Origin: an uncultured virus (IMG/VR IMGVR_UViG_3300031088_000645)
Taxonomy: Duplodnaviria > Heunggongvirae > Uroviricota > Caudoviricetes
Reading direction: 5' to 3' (one strand)
IMG/VR virus record: IMGVR_UViG_3300031088_000645
DNA length: 64,000 bases
In this document: positions 40,027 through 46,573 of the stretch, in pieces
Numbering within the stretch: the stretch's first letter is position 1
Layout of the letters: each line of letters begins with the position of its first letter
Notes under the pieces: model-generated
Told to the model about the DNA's origin: nothing
The model's database searches: none
The model's input: the letters and a program-made list of their open reading frames with translations, nothing else
Made by a program: the position numbers and the translations under genes

Positions 40027-40161
40027 ATGGCAACCAGATTACAGATAGCCCGTGCAAGGGCGCGAGTGTCCCTAGCTGAGCTTTCCGGCAAGGAGCTTCC
40101 CTCAGATGTCGTCGAAACAGCACTCATCGCTTTCTCTGACGCGGAAGATGCTAAGCGCTAG
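40027..40161 (+). CDS. 44-aa hypothetical protein (MATRLQIARARARV...)
   Basis: GGGAG RBS; followed by terminator; not in ORF track. Confidence 0.55.
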   Translation: MATRLQIARARARVSLAELSGKELPSDVVETALIAFSDAEDAKR

Positions 40162-40172
40162 TCGCACCAACA

Positions 40173-40210
40173 AAGAAACCCCCTGAGCTACAGACTCAGG
40201 GGGTTTTCTT
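40173..40210. terminator. bidirectional terminator closing the RNA cluster
   Basis: AAACCCCCTGAG-ctacaga-CTCAGGGGGTTT. Confidence 0.85.
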
Positions 40211-40216
40211 ATGTGT

Positions 40217-40311
40217 ACACATCCACGACGAAGACCACCTCGCAACTTGATGGACCCGACTCAGCCAGTCCACTAATCTTCGTACCTACCTGCCGATTCG
40301 GACAGATGTGT
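40217..40311 (-). ncRNA. candidate structured RNA module G
   Basis: closing stem ACACATCT/GGATGTGT, bulge CGAATCGGCAGGT, stem ACGAAGATTA/TGGTCTTCGT, inner hairpin. Confidence 0.6.
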
Positions 40312-40339
40312 TGTCCTCGCTTGAAGCGAGACTAGTTAG

Positions 40340-40447
40340 GGTTCATGCACTCAAAGCAACCCTGTCCATAGGGAAAGTTTTGAAGCCAGTTAGCTCTATT
40401 CGACCAAGCTATCACTTTGAGTCTGACCTGCCGACTCGACATGAACC
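40340..40447 (-). ncRNA. candidate structured RNA module F
   Basis: closing stem GGTTCATGT/GCATGAACC, bulge CGAGTCGGCAGGT, stem ACTCAAAG/CTTTGAGT, two inner hairpins. Confidence 0.6.
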
Positions 40448-40451
40448 TTTG

Positions 40452-40533
40452 TGCGGGTGAAGGGACTTGAACCCTCACGTCCGAAGACACAGGAACCTAA
40501 ATCCTGCGTGTCTGCCAATTTCACCACACCCGC
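40452..40533 (-). tRNA. tRNA-Leu (anticodon TAG), CCA not encoded
   Basis: acceptor GCGGGTG/CACCCGC, anticodon arm CAGGA-TTTAGGT-TCCTG, variable arm, T arm GAGGG-TTCAAGT-CCCTT. Confidence 0.95.
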
Positions 40534-40737
40534 ATGTGTGTTCCTCTTTGATGTTGTAGGTAAAGCGTATCTTGCTTTTTGGTCGTTAGAAAATCGGGGT
40601 GAAAGGGAAGGGTCTGGTTGAGATAGACAACGACCAAGAAACCATAACTCAACCAGACCCTTCGGTGATTATACATCACCCTATTTGACCCATAGTTGGG
40701 GACAGTTTGTACTTGGACCTTACTGCCAATCTACCAG

Positions 40738-40823
40738 TGCGCCTGATGGGACTCGAACCCATAAATCCTTGTGGACACCGATTACTCAAACCGGCGCGTC
40801 TGCCAAAATTCCGCCACAAGCGC
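40738..40823 (-). tRNA. tRNA-Leu (anticodon GAG), CCA not encoded
   Basis: acceptor GCGCTTG/CAGGCGC, anticodon arm CCGGT-TTGAGTA-ATCGG, T arm ATGGG-TTCGAGT-CCCAT. Confidence 0.93.
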
Positions 40824-40866
40824 ATGTTGTGGAGCGTCGTGCTCTGTGCTCCGTTGTTATATCTCA

Positions 40867-40895
40867 ACCCTATCATCACTCTACGTGGCTGTCAA
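40867..40895 (-). promoter_or_regulatory. SigA-type promoter of the tRNA unit
   Basis: TTGACA-N17-TAGGGT with TGn extension. Confidence 0.8.
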
Positions 40896-40902
40896 GTTGA
40901 TT

Positions 40903-41102
40903 CTTCATGAATCTGAAACCAGACACAAGCTGTTCGTGTCTTACCCAGTGACCCCGCTCCCGTCAGCCTAAGCTTCCTGTAAGAGCACCCGTAGGTTGTA
41001 TCCGCATGGCGGCAACACTCGGCGTATCAGCACAGACACCAGTGGTGAAGGCGGAGTATTCGGGGTGTGGTCGGGCTTGTGTCTAGATTCAGACTCATGA
41101 AG
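40903..41102 (-). ncRNA. candidate 200-nt structured RNA module E
   Basis: 28-position closing stem with one mismatch and two G-U pairs on the minus strand, asymmetric bubble, nested stems. Confidence 0.65.
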
Positions 41103-41103
41103 T

Positions 41104-41439
41104 ATGGAAAGAGGTCAGTCCGTAAGTTTCAACGATTCTTAGGGTGATTCAGGACCACCATTCACTTCGGACTCGTTACCGTATCGCTAGACTCTTATTC
41201 CATCCTGAGATGAGGACTATCACCAGACCCGCTGCTTACGCGGTGGGTGGAATCGACCACCCTCGTCCATTCGATGACGCAGCAACATGTCATCTCCTAT
41301 TGTTCATCTCAACCTGTTCGATAAGTGCGACACCGCGCCTCTGTACCACTGCTTGTACCATTTTGGGATTCGACCCTTCACTCGCCTCGCCCCTAGCATT
41401 GTGTATCAGTTCAGGGTTTGGCTTTTCGGTCGAACAGGT
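41104..41439 (-). ncRNA. candidate structured RNA modules D (41104-41203), C (41206-41311), B (41312-41439)
   Basis: each has its own closing stem (ATGGAA..AGAG/CTCTTTCCAT; TGAGATGA/TCATCTCA; ACCTGTTCGA/TCGAACAGGT); T-loop-like hairpins in B and C. Confidence 0.6.
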
Positions 41440-41494
41440 AATTGTTCTCTTTTGAGTTGGTAGCTGCGGGGTGTTTCTCCGTCGCTATGTTTAT

Positions 41495-41524
41495 ACCCTA
41501 TCAGCATCTCGCAGGCGATGTCAA
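41495..41524 (-). promoter_or_regulatory. SigA-type promoter firing into the RNA module array
   Basis: TTGACA-N18-TAGGGT with TGn; no credible ORF downstream. Confidence 0.75.
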
Positions 41525-41579
41525 ATTCAAGTCAAGAGTTTTTCACTGTACAGTGAAAAATGCCCGATCCTTGAAAAAC

Positions 41580-42323
41580 TTAGCCAGCGAGAGACACCAT
41601 CTCGGTGATGTTGCGGGCGTTGTGCTGGCGAAGCTCGGCTGCTGCCTTCAAGTGCATACCTGCGGTCTGCAAAGTTCCAACAGCCTGGTTCTTCAGCGAA
41701 TCAGCCCGACGTTCGTGCTGCTCGATGGTGGCGCTTCCCCACGGGATCTCAACACCATCGAGGGTGAATGTCGAGCCAAGAAGCTCTTCGGTCCACTCCA
41801 CTCGAATCTGGTGCTTCAGTTCCTCCATTGCGCGCTCCATGTTGTGACGGAACGAGGAAAGCACCTGAGCACTGCGTGCATCTCGCTCTTCGGCTCGTGC
41901 GAGAGTCTTCTTGCGACTACGTACCTGCTCGTAAGTGCGAGAGTGGTCACGCTTCCACTGAACCGCCTTCCCAGAGTTGAGCCAGTCCTGGGTCGGAAGC
42001 TTATCCTCACCAATGACTTCGGCAGGAACGCTCTCAGCCACCTTCTCTTCGACAGAGACGTAGACCACGGGGACGGGTTCATCACGAATCGCACTGGACT
42101 CGACCTGGCGGGTCTTGGCTCGCTGAGTGATGTTACGCCTCTCGTTCAGCCATGCCTCTGCGATGAGTTCGATGTTCTTGCGATTATCTTCGTCATGAAC
42201 CCACTTCCAGATGGCAATTGCATCGTCAGATTCCGTAAGGGCACGGATGTCGTCTTTCAGTCGCTTCGAGAAGTGAGTACGGTCTGCGCCGAACTCTTCT
42301 GCGGTGGTGAGGTGGTTGGTCAT
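41580..42323 (-). CDS. hypothetical charged helical protein
   Basis: AGGAG RBS, 247 aa ORF. Confidence 0.8.
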   Translation of the reverse strand: MTNHLTTAEEFGADRTHFSKRLKDDIRALTESDDAIAIWKWVHDEDNRKNIELIAEAWLNERRNITQRAKTRQVESSAIRDEPVPVVYVSVEEKVAESVPAEVIGEDKLPTQDWLNSGKAVQWKRDHSRTYEQVRSRKKTLARAEERDARSAQVLSSFRHNMERAMEELKHQIRVEWTEELLGSTFTLDGVEIPWGSATIEQHERRADSLKNQAVGTLQTAGMHLKAAAELRQHNARNITEMVSLAG

Positions 42324-42513
42324 TGACTACTCCTGTTATTGGTGCCCCTACGGTAAGTAGTATTCGGTGATATGTCAAACGGTATATCAGTCGGTCTATC
42401 GAGACAGAATCGGATTCACTCTTTTTGAGAATTGACTTGACATGTTCTACGAGAAGCGACTAGTGTTCTAATCACAAGGTAATCACCGCAACAACAACCC
42501 GGAGGTACACACC

Positions 42514-42780
42514 ATGAACGCCGTTCTCGACTTCGCAAAGCGCACCAACTTCTCGCGTCTCGGTCCCTTCATGACGTTCGCCAAGCCCGTCAGCCTGCTT
42601 CGTCTCGCTCTCGTCACCGTGTTCTTCTTCATCCAGTGGAACTGCTACGCCTTCGTCATCGACCTGCTCGGTGGCACGCACATCATCAACACGGCGCTCT
42701 CGCTCGCCGCTGCGCTGTTCATCACCTACAAGCTCTTCCCGTTCCTCAAGGCTGCTCCCCGCACCGAGGACGACAAGTAA
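42514..42780 (+). CDS. small membrane protein
   Basis: TTGACA-N18-TAGTGT promoter, GGAGG RBS, two TMs, hairpin after. Confidence 0.85.
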   Translation: MNAVLDFAKRTNFSRLGPFMTFAKPVSLLRLALVTVFFFIQWNCYAFVIDLLGGTHIINTALSLAAALFITYKLFPFLKAAPRTEDDK

Positions 42781-42869
42781 CACCAGCCGCACCGAGAACC
42801 GCCCCTGACAGAATGATTGTCAGGGGCGGTTCTTCTGTATCTACGGTGAAGAGGTGTTACCGTGCGTAC

Positions 42870-43115
42870 ATGTCTGAATCACTCAACTCACGCAACTGGA
42901 AGCTGATCGAAGCTGCGAATCTGAATCAAGCTAAGGACGCTGCTGACGCAGAACTGATCAAGAATCTACGTGCAGCCCTTGAAGAGACCAACTCTGAGTT
43001 ACACAAGCATCACGACAGTGACAAGGCTTCTGTGTGGAACGAGGCGTATGCCCTTGGTCGTTCACGCAAGCTTGTCGAGAACCCCTATCAGGACCAGAAC
43101 CTCTACGGTCAGTGA
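42870..43115 (+). CDS. hypothetical protein (start MSESLN)
   Basis: TACCGT-N6-ATG; W.E.Y..G.....NPY end motif. Confidence 0.7.
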   Translation: MSESLNSRNWKLIEAANLNQAKDAADAELIKNLRAALEETNSELHKHHDSDKASVWNEAYALGRSRKLVENPYQDQNLYGQ

Positions 43116-43180
43116 CAAACCAAAACCGCCCCTACTGATGAGTGAGGGGCGGTTTTGCGTTGTTTAGCAATCAGCCTAGA

Positions 43181-43867
43181 TCATGTGACGTAGTACTTAG
43201 TGTCGTCGATGTTGAAGTAAGGGTTGCCCTCAACGAGAGATTCTCCTGCCGCCTGCCAATCGATGTTGTTGGTGAGCCAAGACGGCATAGTGCTTTCGTT
43301 GAATGAGCCTGTCTGGAAGGCGTACTCTTCGGCGTTGCCAGCGACGTAGGACTCTTGGATAACGATGACACCGTGGTTGTCTCCTACAGCTTCCCATGCT
43401 GCGGCAATGTCCTCAGCGTACTGACGTAGGTTATCTGGTGTGTACTCTTCCGGCTTGTCTGGTGGCGGTAGAAGACCGATGTTCTCGATGATGTCGTGGT
43501 GCTTGTCAAGAAGCTCGATGAGGTCGCCTGACTCAGACTCGGACTCTTCGTCAAAGGTGACGCTTTCGTCGTCTTCAAGCTCTGGATGTGCGGTACGTGC
43601 GGATTCTAGATAAGACTCCAACTCACTACCAATGTCAGTGAAGACCTTAGCCATGTCGCGAACATCGAAGTAGTCGTGGTCGAAGAGTGCGGTTGTCTCG
43701 TCAGAGAACTCGTACGGCTCAATCTCTGCTCTCGTGGTTGCTGCGGGGGCTGGTGCAGCGATACCGGATGCGCGATTGCTTGCGCCGTTTCCTTTATCGA
43801 GGTTCTTGTGAACGGTTGTAGCCTTGCCGTTCTTGTCGATGATGTGGGTGGGTGTTAGGTTGCTCAT
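43181..43867 (-). CDS. acidic ArdA-like (antirestriction DNA-mimic-like) protein with N-terminal DKNGK tag
   Basis: very D/E-rich; C-terminus AEEYA..TG....MPSWL.NNIDW.AAG.SL resembles ArdA C-terminal domain; GGAGGA RBS. Confidence 0.55.
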   Translation of the reverse strand: MSNLTPTHIIDKNGKATTVHKNLDKGNGASNRASGIAAPAPAATTRAEIEPYEFSDETTALFDHDYFDVRDMAKVFTDIGSELESYLESARTAHPELEDDESVTFDEESESESGDLIELLDKHHDIIENIGLLPPPDKPEEYTPDNLRQYAEDIAAAWEAVGDNHGVIVIQESYVAGNAEEYAFQTGSFNESTMPSWLTNNIDWQAAGESLVEGNPYFNIDDTKYYVT

Positions 43868-43869
43868 GG

Positions 43870-44481
43870 TTAGTTTCCTCCTACGATGAAGTCTGAGACT
43901 CTGCCGCCGATTTTGCCGTCCCAGACGCTGAATGAATTCTCGGGTGATGGTCGTCCAAGTCCGCCCTCGCGCTCCTGTGCTACGGCGCGGTCTCCTACGT
44001 TGTAAGCGACGTTCTCCCATCCATCAGCGAGGATGTCGAGCCTATCGATGTAGTCCTGCACTTCGTCGGTGTCAAGCTCGTCGAGCGGCACATAGTTCTC
44101 TTCGTCAATGTTGGAAAGGCGTTCGTCCCACTTACGGATTTCCTCGGTGAGGTCATAGATGCTTGCGAGGTCGTCTTCGTTGGTGAACTCGACGGTATCC
44201 TCTTCTTCGACTGAATCCATGTGGTTGCGAAGCTCTTCAGCATAGGCGCGGAATGCACCGACAACATCGCGAAGGTCTACCTCTTTGGTATCGAGGTCTA
44301 CCGTGGGCATCTTGGACTCAAATCGGTACTGAACGCCGCCGTCTGATGTGCTGGGAGCAAGGGTGCTCGTTGCAGCACCCACCCTACCTGCGTTGACCCC
44401 GGAGCCATCGTCATCACGGGAGTAAACCGTAGTGTGCTTGCCGTTCTTATCGATGATTTGTTTGGGACTGACGTTACTCAT
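43870..44481 (-). CDS. acidic paralog with DKNGK tag, lacking the ArdA-like C-terminal domain
   Basis: shares D.RD....F.....EL and L..(A/G)W..V segments with flanking paralogs. Confidence 0.75.
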   Translation of the reverse strand: MSNVSPKQIIDKNGKHTTVYSRDDDGSGVNAGRVGAATSTLAPSTSDGGVQYRFESKMPTVDLDTKEVDLRDVVGAFRAYAEELRNHMDSVEEEDTVEFTNEDDLASIYDLTEEIRKWDERLSNIDEENYVPLDELDTDEVQDYIDRLDILADGWENVAYNVGDRAVAQEREGGLGRPSPENSFSVWDGKIGGRVSDFIVGGN

Positions 44482-44587
44482 CAAGGATTCCTTTCGATTA
44501 GCCCAATGGTATCAGTGACGCATGACTATAGATCTGATGGACAAACGAAAAGACCCCGACTGTACGCCGGGGTCTCATTCGCTCATC

Positions 44588-45268
44588 TTATGTGAGGTAG
44601 AAGGTGTCGCCATCTGCATCGAAGGTGGGGTTGTTGCCGATCAAGTCGTCAGCAACACCAGCCCAGTTGATGTTCTCTTTGAGCCAAGCTGGCATCTCAT
44701 CGGGGATAGATCCTGTGTCAGTGACGAACTCTTCTGCGTACTCTTCCTTGTAGTCATCCTTGATGATGGTTACGCCGTTCTCGTTCTGAATGTTGTCCCA
44801 TGCCTCAGAAAGCTCTTGTGCGTATCCAGCCATCGCATGAGGTGTCTCTTCGTCAGGCTTTTCGACTTCCTCCAAGCCCATCTCGCAGAGATATCCAGCG
44901 AATTTGTCAAGGTGGTCAACCAAAGCATCAACATCAGAGTCATCGTCGAACTGAACTTCTTCAGGCTCTTCGAAGCCGTAAGCTTCCTGGCTCTCATCGA
45001 CATATCCGCGTAGCTCCTGAGCGATGCCAGCAAAGTCCTCTCCGATGTCACGCACGTCGAAGAAGTCTCCCCTGAGCCTCGAAGTGGAGTTGTCGGTGAA
45101 CTCGTAGGACTCGATATCTGGACGCTCTACAGCGGCAGGCGTAGGTGCTGAGTTGGCAACGCTGCTGGCACGGTCTGACACACCGCCAGAACCCTTGTCG
45201 TTGTTCTTGTGAACAGTCGTCGTCTTGCCGTTCTTATCGACAATCGTGGTGGGCGTGAGGTTGCTCAT
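44588..45268 (-). CDS. acidic ArdA-like protein with N-terminal DKNGK tag
   Basis: full-length paralog of 43181-43867; YAEEFV.DTG.IP.EMPAWL.ENINW.GVADDL. Confidence 0.55.
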   Translation of the reverse strand: MSNLTPTTIVDKNGKTTTVHKNNDKGSGGVSDRASSVANSAPTPAAVERPDIESYEFTDNSTSRLRGDFFDVRDIGEDFAGIAQELRGYVDESQEAYGFEEPEEVQFDDDSDVDALVDHLDKFAGYLCEMGLEEVEKPDEETPHAMAGYAQELSEAWDNIQNENGVTIIKDDYKEEYAEEFVTDTGSIPDEMPAWLKENINWAGVADDLIGNNPTFDADGDTFYLT

Positions 45269-45372
45269 AGATGTTCCCTTTCGTTGTCTCAATGGTATCA
45301 GTGGGTAGCGACAGCCAGCTTCTTACGGTAGCGTCCGATGTTCTTGGTAACCTTGTATGAGAAAGGCTCACC

Positions 45373-46056
45373 ATGACAACTGTCCCCACGCCCATCGTCG
45401 ATAAGAACGGCAAGCTCACCACGGTACATAAGAAGTTTGGATACGGTGCTGCTACCCGTTTGCTACCTACGCCAGAGAAGAACTTCGTTCCCTCTGGTTC
45501 CAAGATAGAGACAAGTGCACTGGCTAAGCGTTTGGCTGCATTCGATTACGGCACTGACAGCTTCAACCATATCGAAGCTGGTCTCAAAGACCACTTCTAC
45601 GAGACGCATGGTAGCGGGGCATACAGTGAAGAATCAGGTGAGTTGATTGCCAACGCCGTCTTCCCCAAGGGTCACGCATCGTCATACGCAAGAGTTCAGA
45701 CCGACTACCGCGACTTGTCCGCCATCATGCTCGCTTCTCTTTACGACGACACCGAGCACAGTTCGCTACCGGCAGACCAGAAGCTTGATGCGGATATGGC
45801 ACTCAAAACACACGATGCCAACATCACTAACCGAGCGCCTCACCCCAACATCACTCGAACCATCGACTCTCAATTCGTCAACCATCTGATTGACGACAAG
45901 TCTCCTGGTGTTGGCGAACTAACCGCAAGACAGCTTGCGAGCTTCGTATTCAAGAACGGTGAGCAGAGTGGTCATACATACGATGCCATGAGCAAACAGT
46001 ATGACGTACTCATCTCCACTCTCAACAAGTTCAGGGAGAACGAGAAAGAGGACTAA
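45373..46056 (+). CDS. hypothetical protein with N-terminal DKNGK tag
   Basis: PTPIVDKNGKLTTVHKK then unrelated domain. Confidence 0.8.
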   Translation: MTTVPTPIVDKNGKLTTVHKKFGYGAATRLLPTPEKNFVPSGSKIETSALAKRLAAFDYGTDSFNHIEAGLKDHFYETHGSGAYSEESGELIANAVFPKGHASSYARVQTDYRDLSAIMLASLYDDTEHSSLPADQKLDADMALKTHDANITNRAPHPNITRTIDSQFVNHLIDDKSPGVGELTARQLASFVFKNGEQSGHTYDAMSKQYDVLISTLNKFRENEKED

Positions 46057-46573
46057 GCAGGGCATTCAGGCGGGTGTGGGATTTGATCTCATGCCCGCCT
46101 TTTACTTGCTAGTTTGAAGTCATCAGGTAGTCGAATGGTCCGTACTCGGAGCCAAGAATGGCGAGGGTGAAAATCCCAAGTCCAGTGAAGACGACGACCG
46201 AGGTGATCTTCCGAGCCATCTGTTGTCTCTTGCTGGGTTCTTCGACCATGCCGTCTTCTTTACTGTCGCTCATAGCTCTACTGCCGGAGTGAAGAGTGAT
46301 ATGACGTGAATGGTGCTCATTCCACCAACGAAGAACATGCTGTAGATGCTGGTGGCACGAAGAATCGTGAACACGTCTTTGCGAACCGAATCAGTGTTGA
46401 CAGTGATTGGCTGCGTGAGAGTGTCTTCGGCATTCATTATCGCTGCATCCTTGGGTTAGTGCTACCACAAGGTAGCGGGGTCTAGACGTAGCGTCATTGC
46501 TTGTCGGGAGTACCACGATAGCATCTGGTCGTTATCCGTTGCCTGTTCATTAGGTAAGTGTTACTCTTTCGCA

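Noticed and set aside
40217..40311. Y RNA (GTCCGA near the 5' end of module G)
   Set aside because: The complementary TTGAC strand of the Ro-binding helix is absent and no Ro60/TROVE gene is in the window.
41385..41430. c-di-GMP-I riboswitch suggested by AAAAGCCAAACC...GGGGCG
   Set aside because: GNRA tetraloop and receptor arm are missing and no gene lies downstream.
41144..41455. 103-aa plus-strand ORF over the RNA modules
   Set aside because: No RBS or promoter, atypical composition, antisense to the promoter-supported structured transcript.
40903..41487. tmRNA, RNase P RNA or SRP RNA
   Set aside because: No tRNA-Ala-like ends or tag ORF, no GAGGAAAGTCC-type RNase P core, no SRP helix-8 motif seen by eye.
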